From: Candidatus Latescibacterota bacterium
GTDB taxonomy: Bacteria > Latescibacterota > UBA2968 > UBA8231
NCBI GenBank assembly: GCA_965203175.1
Contig: OZ241867.1
Coordinates: 2,304,001 to 2,368,000, forward strand
Direction: 5' to 3'
DNA: 64,000 bases
In this document: in pieces, positions 20,487 through 28,267 of the stretch
Numbering within the stretch: the first letter of the stretch is position 1
Layout: each line of letters starts with the position of its first letter
Made by a program: the position numbers and the translations under genes
The notes under the pieces: model-generated
Seen by the model: only the letters and a program-made list of their open reading frames with translations
Told to the model about the DNA's origin: nothing
The model's database searches: none

Positions 20487-20603
20487 CTATCCGGCGCACA
20501 TGGTCGTAGTCGTAGTCGTAGTGGTGGTAGTGGTAGCCGTCGGCCCCGACGGGAGACCGCTGAGGCACGGTGCGGAAGCGACTGTAAGCATAGCAGAAAT
20601 CAT
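20487..20603 (-). CDS. Thr-rich leader peptide of thrS (38 aa)
   Basis: MISAMLTVASAPCLSGLPSGPTATTTTTTTTTTTMCAG*; 11 consecutive Thr codons using ACC, ACT and ACG. Confidence 0.85.
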   Translation of the reverse strand: MISAMLTVASAPCLSGLPSGPTATTTTTTTTTTTMCAG

Positions 20604-20610
20604 GAGGTAT

Positions 20611-20639
20611 AAAATATCGGCAGAGTGTCGATTGTGCAA
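20611..20639 (-). promoter_or_regulatory. Promoter of leader/thrS transcript
   Basis: TTGCAC-17-TATTTT followed 7 nt later by the leader ATG (leaderless arrangement). Confidence 0.55.
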
Positions 20640-20645
20640 GCGCCT

Positions 20646-22136
20646 TCAGGTCAGTTCGTAGTGGGTGCGGTCGGGCAAGGGCACTGGCTGGCCATCCTCA
20701 GTGTTGATGCTCCAGTCGGCTAGCCGCAGGCGCATGGCGGCGAGGGCGTCGCGGTGTTGTTCCTCGTCGATCACATTGACCAACTCGTTTGGATCGGCGA
20801 CGAGGTCGTAGAGTTCGTCGCGGTCTCCCATGGGGTCGTGGACGTACTTCCATTCGCGGGTGCGGACCATCTTGCAGCGGCCAGCCGCCTCGCGCCACTG
20901 CAAGCTGTCGATCAGGGTTTTGCGGCCCCAAGGTTGAGGCAGTTTTTCCAAGTCGGCCATGGTAAAGAGCGGCCCTCCGCAGCCGTATTCGGAAAAGGTC
21001 GCGTCCCGGGGCGCGGCGTCGGTTGCGGTGGGCAGCGGCGTTCCGTGCATTGAGCGCGGCTGCTCTAACTCTTGCAAGTGCAACAGCGTCGGCACTACGT
21101 CGATCAGGTTGGCCATGCTTTGATCGCGCACTCCGGTGGCGACCTGTCCGGGCCAAGAGACGATCAGCGGGACGCGCGTCAGGCTGTCGTAGAAGACCCC
21201 GCCCTTGCACTGCATAGCGTGTTCGCCCATGAAGTCGCCGTGGTCCGAACAAAAGACCACAATCGTCTGTTCCCGCAGCCCTAGTTCGTCGAGCTTGTCG
21301 AGGATCTGACCGAGCGCGTCGTCAATAAAGCGCACCATGCCAAAGTACGAGGCCATGACGCCGTAGAGGTCTTCGGGCGGGTCGCGGCGCACTCCCAGCA
21401 TTTGATAGAGCACTCGGTTGCGCTCGGGCGCGCGCTCGTCGTCGAATTCGTCGTCGCGCCAAGGGGGCAGGTCAATGGCCGAGGGTGGGAACAGGTCCGC
21501 GTACTCGGCTGGGCACAGCCACGGCTCGTGTGGATCGGGGAAGGAAACCCACAGGGCAAAGGGCTGGTCTTGGTGCTTTTCGATAAAGCGCGTCGTCTGC
21601 CCGGCGATCAGGCCGGTGGAGTGATCCTCCAACGGCAGTTCGGAGGTACCGTAGCTAAAGCGGGGGTTCTGGTGGGCGAGTTGGCGATGCTCGGCGGCGA
21701 CCTTGCGGCGACCTTCTTCTGGCCGGAACCAGTCCATGCCCCGCGTCTGTGGCCCCTCGTTGCGCCCGCCGTGAGTAAAGGCGTTCCACACGTCGAAGAG
21801 CGCCAAATCCTCCTCCCGCTGGAAGCAGTGGTTTTTGCCGATCAGGCCGGTGGCGTAGCCAGCCTCTTTCCAGAGTTGCCAGGCGTGCGTGGCACCGGCG
21901 GGCATCAAGGTCTGGTTGCGCCGGCCGCCGTGCGAGTGGGGAAATTGCGAGGTCCAAAATGAGATGCGCGCTGGCACGCAGAGCGGGTGCGGGGTGATTG
22001 CGTTTTCAAAGAGCACGCCGTCGTCGGCTAGGCGTTCCATGGACGGGGTTTGGCAGAAGGTGTTGCCGTAGAGATGGCTGGCCGTGGCGCGCTGTTGGTC
22101 GGTCATTATGACGAGGATGTTGGGACGGTCGGTCAT
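20646..22136 (-). CDS. Sulfatase (Cys/FGly type)
   Basis: RPNILVIMTDQ, LCVPAR, GKNH, PHEP, SDHG, ELYDL. Confidence 0.93.
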   Translation of the reverse strand: MTDRPNILVIMTDQQRATASHLYGNTFCQTPSMERLADDGVLFENAITPHPLCVPARISFWTSQFPHSHGGRRNQTLMPAGATHAWQLWKEAGYATGLIGKNHCFQREEDLALFDVWNAFTHGGRNEGPQTRGMDWFRPEEGRRKVAAEHRQLAHQNPRFSYGTSELPLEDHSTGLIAGQTTRFIEKHQDQPFALWVSFPDPHEPWLCPAEYADLFPPSAIDLPPWRDDEFDDERAPERNRVLYQMLGVRRDPPEDLYGVMASYFGMVRFIDDALGQILDKLDELGLREQTIVVFCSDHGDFMGEHAMQCKGGVFYDSLTRVPLIVSWPGQVATGVRDQSMANLIDVVPTLLHLQELEQPRSMHGTPLPTATDAAPRDATFSEYGCGGPLFTMADLEKLPQPWGRKTLIDSLQWREAAGRCKMVRTREWKYVHDPMGDRDELYDLVADPNELVNVIDEEQHRDALAAMRLRLADWSINTEDGQPVPLPDRTHYELT

Positions 22137-22191
22137 GGGGGGTTCCTTTGGATGGATTGGAGGTAGTGGAGAGGGAGGGGATTTGCTTTCA

Positions 22192-22240
22192 GCGGCGTCC
22201 AATTGTCGATTAGAGTAGCGTCCGATTGTCTATTATACTA
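22192..22240. repeat. Two copies of 23-bp-period repeat
   Basis: GCGTCCAATTGTCGATTAGAGTA at 22195 and GCGTCCGATTGTC at 22218; same motif as 27226-27285. Confidence 0.85.
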
Positions 22241-22258
22241 GTGACTGTTTCATTGAAT

Positions 22259-23554
22259 TCAATCAAGTAAAGCCCGTTGTCGAGTCGCCCAGTCCTGATA
22301 GAACGGAATGACCTGCCAATGTGCTAACCCATCTCCGCGAATAGTGATCTCCTCGACATCATCCACACAATTCATAATAAAATCGAATCTATCGGTACGT
22401 TTCGCGCTACCCACGCAAGTAGTAAGATCAGCCGTAATCTCTGTCACGGCGGGAGCACGATCTCTAATGCGAATGATGGCCGCATCAATCAGTGTCAGAT
22501 CTTGCATCATCTCACGAATTTCTCCGGCACGTCGGTTGATTGCTCGCTTGTCAAAGTAAACCGTCAACTCACCCATACGTCCAAAGTTGTTCTTCTTCCA
22601 AGCCTGTAAGAATTCAACGAGTGCTGCTTCCGGCTCACCCGAGCCGAAGGAGGCGATCTCAGGCTCCGCAAACACATTGATCCGTCCCTCGAAAACCGGT
22701 CGAGGCGTCCATGCCTCAATACGCTCGCTTAGTTCTTTCGTCTGGACGTAGTTGGTGAGTGTTTCGGAAAGAGATGGATTAGATGGAGGATTCAGAGCCT
22801 TTTCCGCTTCACGAGCACGAATGACGTCGGCAATATTGCTCAAGAAAGACCAGCATTTCGCGGTGACCAGTCGGTTGCCATATCCAAGGTCTCGGCCATG
22901 GAGAATACCATTTCTATAGGGGAAGCTGATGTGTTCTATTGTCGTTTTGCGCCGAGTACGGCACATCTCGCGGATCAGTTTCGGTAAAGCCTCTGGCTGT
23001 CCAGCGAGGGAATGAAGTTCTTCGAGGTTTACGCCCTCGCTAAATATCGATTTTTGAAACACATCCTCTCCGACCCCATCCGCAATGATGAATAACAAAG
23101 GCGCTGTGGCAAGATAACGAGTCTCTTGGGTCAACGTAAGCGCTTCCTGAAGTTGCTCCCTGCGAAGCTCGAACCCTTTTGTCTGACAAAGACGCGTTAC
23201 AACAAAATGTAGCCTCTCACCTTCGTAATCAGTTGCTAATAGACCTTCGGCATCGTCAACGCGGCAGTCCTTGTGGGCGGCAAGTGCCGCCTTTGCCGTT
23301 TCAATATTTGTGGACTCAGAAATGAGCCAGCCGAGTGCAGAGAAGGCTTCATGGAATTCTTCAGTCAATTTGGCAAGCTCTATCGCTTGCTGTTTCGAAT
23401 CCTTCAAATCAGCAACGATAGTCTTTAGATGATCTCCGCCTATGCCAAATCGCGAAAGCAGTGCCAGAAATGGTTCGAGATGTCCGATTGCGCGGACTAG
23501 GTTGATCTGTTCTTGAAACGCTGGAGGGAGTGGAAGCGTACGATTTCGTGACAT
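22259..23554 (-). CDS. Hypothetical protein with HEPN-like RxxxxH motif
   Basis: YRNGILHG in a helical region; atypical codon usage; C-terminal alpha/beta domain. Confidence 0.55.
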   Translation of the reverse strand: MSRNRTLPLPPAFQEQINLVRAIGHLEPFLALLSRFGIGGDHLKTIVADLKDSKQQAIELAKLTEEFHEAFSALGWLISESTNIETAKAALAAHKDCRVDDAEGLLATDYEGERLHFVVTRLCQTKGFELRREQLQEALTLTQETRYLATAPLLFIIADGVGEDVFQKSIFSEGVNLEELHSLAGQPEALPKLIREMCRTRRKTTIEHISFPYRNGILHGRDLGYGNRLVTAKCWSFLSNIADVIRAREAEKALNPPSNPSLSETLTNYVQTKELSERIEAWTPRPVFEGRINVFAEPEIASFGSGEPEAALVEFLQAWKKNNFGRMGELTVYFDKRAINRRAGEIREMMQDLTLIDAAIIRIRDRAPAVTEITADLTTCVGSAKRTDRFDFIMNCVDDVEEITIRGDGLAHWQVIPFYQDWATRQRALLD

Positions 23555-23583
23555 CAATTCTCAGCAGAAAGTAATGTTGATAC

Positions 23584-23814
23584 TCATGCGCTAGGCAGTG
23601 GAACTTCCCGTTCTTCGACCCGCCATGCTGCGTAGGCTAGCGCCTGATCGATGTCTTCCTGTTCAAGATAAGGGTAGGCGCTCAGGATTTCCTCGGAGGA
23701 TCGACCGGCTGCCAAGAGACCCACGACAGTCCCAACCGTCACGCGTAGCCCCCGGATGCATGCCGTGCCGCCCATGACGGCAGGGTCGAGCGTGATTCTC
23801 GATAGGTCTTTCAC
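23584..23814 (-). CDS. DUF433 family antitoxin
   Basis: RITLDPAVMGGTACIRGLRVTV...EEILSAYPYLEQEDIDQALAYAA. Confidence 0.92.
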   Translation of the reverse strand: MKDLSRITLDPAVMGGTACIRGLRVTVGTVVGLLAAGRSSEEILSAYPYLEQEDIDQALAYAAWRVEEREVPLPSA

Positions 23815-23920
23815 AATCCATTTCTCCTATTCAATCGCGCTCCAATTAATCCAAACAGCATCGACCTTATTTAGTTACGCCTAGGGACTTTTCCTAGTCA
23901 ACAGTCTCTTTGGACATTCC

Positions 23921-24070
23921 CTACCGCTCCCATAATTCGCTCAGCGGCACGGCGAGTATGCGCTCGTCGGCCAACGGAAGCCGATCGCGGCCGGTTGTAG
24001 AGCAGGACCCCAGACTCGAAATCCTCGCCGCAGCGAGCGGCTAGCCCCACAAGCCCTTGCCCGTCTTGGA
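23921..24070 (-). pseudogene. Duplicated 3' end of the AAA/DUF4143 ATPase gene
   Basis: Near-identical to 25986-26135, with a 1-nt insertion (cggTtgtag). Confidence 0.9.
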
Positions 24071-24901
24071 TCAGAATAGGCGCTGCTGAGGGTCATCAGG
24101 GATTGGGAACACCCCGACAATGACCCATGGATTTGGGGCGACTTGGTGAAATTGCTGCGTCGTGCCGAGAAAAAAGTGAAGGTCGGTCTTCAGGAATGTG
24201 TCAAAGTACTTGTTCCTCACCTTGGCCAATGTCGCATCCTCGTCTCCTTCTGTCGATTTCAAGCAATTCCAGTAGAGCGCGCCAGCCTCCCAGTCCAACA
24301 CTTGGAGTTCGCTGCGTTTTCCGGTTGAATCCTCGAATCGGTACGAGAAACTATACGGTAGTTTGGGGATGAGTTGGAACGTCTGACGCCAGCTATTGTC
24401 CTCAAATAGGGCAAGCTGGCTGTACAATGCACGCATCTGGCGAAGTTTCTCTTGATTCCAATTCCGGTCCTCGTTCTCCCAAATGAAATCAATGACCTTC
24501 GTGGGTTTGAATACCGCCAAGGAGAGCGTATTACTTTTAGCTCCTTCGATAAGTCTGTCGAGCCGGTCATAAACCTGCGCGGTCTGGAGCAGTAGGCGGC
24601 GGCGTTCACGCCACTTGTCGGAAGTGTCGATATGTCCCACTGGAGTCAGTTCGTTTTGATCCGCCGGGCTAAAAGATTCAGGTCGGGGATCGGCGGTCCT
24701 ACGCCCTAGCCGGCATTCAATCCAGTCATATTTCCGATATTGCTCGCTTTCATTAAGACGACGGAAGGGCACAGGATAGATGCGCACCCAGGTTCCATCC
24801 TCTTTGATACCGGCCGTGCATACGGTTTCGCCGTATTTCCTAGATAAAGTCGGGTAGGTCTTTACAGTGACGAGGATGCGTTGCTTTTCCATGGTTGTCA
24901 T
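24071..24901 (-). CDS. Conserved hypothetical protein coupled to DUF488 (OB-fold-like)
   Basis: ILVTVKTYP..ETVCTAG..WVRIYPVPFR, DWE, HFFLGT; ATGA overlap with the DUF488 gene. Confidence 0.7.
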   Translation of the reverse strand: MTTMEKQRILVTVKTYPTLSRKYGETVCTAGIKEDGTWVRIYPVPFRRLNESEQYRKYDWIECRLGRRTADPRPESFSPADQNELTPVGHIDTSDKWRERRRLLLQTAQVYDRLDRLIEGAKSNTLSLAVFKPTKVIDFIWENEDRNWNQEKLRQMRALYSQLALFEDNSWRQTFQLIPKLPYSFSYRFEDSTGKRSELQVLDWEAGALYWNCLKSTEGDEDATLAKVRNKYFDTFLKTDLHFFLGTTQQFHQVAPNPWVIVGVFPIPDDPQQRLF

Positions 24902-25884
24902 AAATGTCTTACAGTACAACCCTGCTCCGCAGTATCGTGCGGTGCGGCTTGATCAAACAAATCTCTCTGATCAAGTATCTGGCGGAGTGCGTCGGCGACA
25001 CAGTGCCGATGGCATTGGTCGGCATCACGCTCGTAACAGGTGAGTGCGACCGATTCGCCCAATTGTAGCCAAGCGCGGATTTTTGCCAAAGCATCGCCCT
25101 GTCTGGGAAGGCTTTTCCGCTTGTATGTCCTGAAAAGGGCGTCGAAATCCGCTTGGGATTCTAAGCCCCGGCGTTGCCGTGATTCAATTCCGAGTTCGGG
25201 CAGGTGTTCGTAGCGGATACCGACTCTATCACATGCTCTAGCAAGTGTGCTCTTAGAAAAGCCGTATTTGCGGCTGATGGCATTCCGTCGAACATCGCAA
25301 AGGACAGTCACACTTGCTTGGAGTAACGCATTGAGATAGCTCTCTAAAGTTCTCCCCTCGTACCCGATAGTCAAAAGCCGAGATGGGGTTCCTTCTGGGC
25401 GTGCGGATTCAATCCGACTGAGCGCGGCTTCATCGTTTTTGAGCACCTGCTCGGCAATGTCACTGCGAATCGCGTAATAAGGATACTTGCGGTAGGTTTC
25501 TGCAATGAGCGCATCGCCTCGCAGCCTGTGGTAGCGCTGCGCAAATACGCGCGTCGAATCATCTTGGGTTTCGCGTGCGATGCGTTTGCCTTTCTCAGTG
25601 AGTACCCAATGCTGGCCATCGTCGATCAGCAGACCGCAATCAACGAGGCGGCGGCGATCTGCATAGCACGTGAATGAGAAGGCTCCATATCGGTAGGGCA
25701 CGAACTCGTAGGGACTTGATTGGTCGGTGGGGAACAGTTCCTTGCAAAAGAGGAACAGGAGTTTCTGGAAGTCTCGACTGCCTGCATTGCCTCCAAGTAC
25801 GTCAAGGAGTGCGAGAAGCTGGCGCTGGCGCACGTACAGTCGGAGGGATCCTTTTTTATTTGATACTTGAACAGGAGTTCTCAT
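24898..25884 (-). CDS. wHTH + DUF488 domain protein
   Basis: N-terminal FQKLLFL..YEFVPYRYGAFS; C-terminal TIGYEG, DVRR, PELG, CYE....CHR. Confidence 0.85.
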   Translation of the reverse strand: MRTPVQVSNKKGSLRLYVRQRQLLALLDVLGGNAGSRDFQKLLFLFCKELFPTDQSSPYEFVPYRYGAFSFTCYADRRRLVDCGLLIDDGQHWVLTEKGKRIARETQDDSTRVFAQRYHRLRGDALIAETYRKYPYYAIRSDIAEQVLKNDEAALSRIESARPEGTPSRLLTIGYEGRTLESYLNALLQASVTVLCDVRRNAISRKYGFSKSTLARACDRVGIRYEHLPELGIESRQRRGLESQADFDALFRTYKRKSLPRQGDALAKIRAWLQLGESVALTCYERDADQCHRHCVADALRQILDQRDLFDQAAPHDTAEQGCTVRHL

Positions 25885-25985
25885 GGTCAATTCGCTATCT
25901 GATCAGTCGATTCCATTTAGTTACGCCTAGAGATTTATCCGGGTCAATAGCCTCTTTGGTCAGGCTGTCACACCCGGCACACGCC

Positions 25986-27233
25986 CTACCGCTCCCACAA
26001 TTCGCTCAGCGGCACGGCGAGTATGCGCTCGTCGGCCAACGGAAGTCGGTCGCGGCCGGTGTAGAGCAGGACCCCAGACTCGAAATCCTCGCCGCAGCGA
26101 GCGGCCAGCCGAACAAGCCCTTGCCCGTCTTTGGAGGTGAGCGCACTGGCGGCTTTGACCTCAATACCCCAAGTCTTCTGGCCTCGCGTAAGGACTACAT
26201 CGACCTCTACCTGATCCTTGTCGCGATAGTGCCAGAAACGCAAATCTGGCTCTGTCCACGTGGCTTGGGCCATGAGTTGCTGCACTACGAAAGACTCCAA
26301 CAGATGCCCCATGCGGTCCCGATGGTTGAGCCAATCGGCCGCAGTCAGGTCGGCGAGGGTCGCTGCCAGCCCGCTGTCGAGCAGATGGATCTTCGGTGTT
26401 TTGACGAGCCGTTTGGCCGGGTTGCGGTGCCATGCGGGTAGGCGGCGCACCAGAAAGAGCCGTTCGAGCACGGCGATGTAGTGATCTACTGTCGCCCGGT
26501 GCAGACCGAGGCTGTTGGCCAGATTGCAGGTGTTCAGTAGTTCGGCACTGCGCAGAGCCCACAGCTCCAGCAAGCGCGCCAACTCCTGGGCATCCTTAAC
26601 CCGTGCCACGTCTTGCACATCCCGCTCGATGATGCTGCGTAGATACTGTCGGTGCCATTGCCGGGCGCGGCTGGGCGTGCGGGTCAGCGGCTCGGGATAG
26701 CCGCCCGCTACCAGTCGCTCCGGCAGCGACGGCCCAGCAGGCTCCGCCTTGGGCCGGATACCCAGTTTGAGCGCGCCGTTCAACAGGTCGTTGAGGAAAC
26801 GCCCAGGCTGGCGCTCTTTTTCCGCTTCGGTCAATGGGTGCAACTGCGCCATTTCCATCCGTCCCGCCAGAGATTCGGTAACGGTCGGCACCAGCAATAG
26901 ATTGGCCGAGCCGGTCAGCAGGAAACGTCCGGGACGGCGGTCTTGATCCACGGCGCGTTTGATGGCCGAGAGCAGCGCCGGCACCCGTTGCACTTCGTCC
27001 AAAGTCACCGCCTCCGGCAAGCTGGCGATGAAACCGTCTGGGTCGGCCCCGGCGGTCTGATAGTAGTTGTGCTCGTCTAAGCTGACGAACGTACGGTCAG
27101 GCGCGAGCTGCTGCGCGAGCGTAGTTTTCCCGCTTTGCCGCGGCCCAAGCAGACAGACCACCGGCGTGTCGGCCAAAGCTTCTCGGAGGACGGGTGTCAG
27201 CGAGCGGGGAAACAGGGAACGGTCGGCGTCCAT
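25986..27233 (-). CDS. AAA_14 ATPase with DUF4143 nuclease-like C-terminus
   Basis: GPRQSGKTT, LDEVQ, LTGS, ESLAGR, GGYPE, EVD..IEVK. Confidence 0.93.
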   Translation of the reverse strand: MDADRSLFPRSLTPVLREALADTPVVCLLGPRQSGKTTLAQQLAPDRTFVSLDEHNYYQTAGADPDGFIASLPEAVTLDEVQRVPALLSAIKRAVDQDRRPGRFLLTGSANLLLVPTVTESLAGRMEMAQLHPLTEAEKERQPGRFLNDLLNGALKLGIRPKAEPAGPSLPERLVAGGYPEPLTRTPSRARQWHRQYLRSIIERDVQDVARVKDAQELARLLELWALRSAELLNTCNLANSLGLHRATVDHYIAVLERLFLVRRLPAWHRNPAKRLVKTPKIHLLDSGLAATLADLTAADWLNHRDRMGHLLESFVVQQLMAQATWTEPDLRFWHYRDKDQVEVDVVLTRGQKTWGIEVKAASALTSKDGQGLVRLAARCGEDFESGVLLYTGRDRLPLADERILAVPLSELWER

Positions 27234-27285
27234 TTGTCGGTTAGAATAGCGTCCAATTGTCGATTAAGGGAGCGTCCAATTGTAC
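27226..27285. repeat. Three 23-bp-period direct repeats over ATPase start/promoter
   Basis: GCGTCCA(A/T)TTGT at 27226, 27249 and 27272. Confidence 0.9.
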
Positions 27286-27404
27286 AATAACAATCTAGGG
27301 CAGGGGGACGAGGAGATCAAGATGAGAAGCTGAAACCAGCACCAATAAAAGTGGGTGGGGTAGATGGCGATGGCCCAGACCGTGCGCGAAGCCGTCAGGT
27401 TCGT

Positions 27405-28079
27405 TTAGGAAGAGCCGATTGGAAAAATTGTGTTTTTGATGCGTCCCCACGAATCCTCTTCCTTGCCTGCACCACACGAACCAAGCAGGGGATCGCCAAG
27501 CCAGCGCACCATCCGCCAGTCCCCTTCCTCGTCCTGTCGCAGCTTGAAGGTCATCAACTGATCGACGCGAAACCCATCGCCGTTCTCGTCGAGCATCAGC
27601 ATTTGCACTCGGCCATAGAAAACCTCCCAGTCTTCGTCGGGATGGCCTTCGGGGTCGCCTTCGTATATTTCGGGGTACTCGGAGCCGAGTTCTTGCCAGC
27701 GTCTAATGAGTTCAAAGTCGTAGCTGAAGTCGGAAAAAATATCGAACAGGCCCTTAGTGTCCCCATCGCGGCTACCGATAATGATGTTCAGCTCTGTCTC
27801 TAGGTCGTTATCAAAGACAATGTAGCCTAGGCAATCGGTTTCGTTGAACCAGAAATCCTCGTTCAGCAGGGTCTCGTACAGAGCTTTGTCGCGGTCCTGC
27901 ATGGCACGTGCTAGGTTGTGCATGAGTTGTTCTGGAGTGGTAACCACGGCTGCTTCTGGCTCCGGAATGACGGGTTCTGGCTCCGGAATGACAGGCTCTG
28001 GCTCTATTGTTTTAGAACGCTCACGCTTACACGAACATACGGCAACCACAACGACGGCAACGACGGTCCAATAATACAT
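27405..28079 (-). CDS. Exported (lipo)protein with NTF2-like domain and C-terminal SWGRIK motif
   Basis: Hydrophobic signal ending CSC; EPEPVIP repeats; EEDSWGRIK tail. Confidence 0.65.
   Translation of the reverse strand: MYYWTVVAVVVVAVCSCKRERSKTIEPEPVIPEPEPVIPEPEAAVVTTPEQLMHNLARAMQDRDKALYETLLNEDFWFNETDCLGYIVFDNDLETELNIIIGSRDGDTKGLFDIFSDFSYDFELIRRWQELGSEYPEIYEGDPEGHPDEDWEVFYGRVQMLMLDENGDGFRVDQLMTFKLRQDEEGDWRMVRWLGDPLLGSCGAGKEEDSWGRIKNTIFPIGSS
27954..28004. repeat. 21-bp coding tandem repeat (about 2.4 copies)
   Basis: TTCTGGCTCCGGAATGAC(G/A)GG twice plus a partial copy, encoding an EPEPVIP linker. Confidence 0.9.
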
Positions 28080-28267
28080 TATTCTACTCCATCTAATACT
28101 CCGTTGCGAATTTTCTATATTATCGAATATATGAGAAAGCCCCGATGGATGTATCAATCCAGAGCGGCTTGAACGATCAGTCCCGACCACAGTGCTCTCT
28201 CGTGCAGATGCTTAGGTTTTCTCCGGTGCGTTGTGCCGGTACGCCAAGGCACACCAGATAACGACCT

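Noticed and set aside
20502-20534. GTAGTC/GTG microsatellite
   Set aside because: Variation is confined to third positions of ACN codons on the minus strand, so it is better explained as a poly-Thr coding run
27226-27290. Mini CRISPR array
   Set aside because: Period is only 23 bp with about 10-nt similar linkers, no unique spacers and no cas genes
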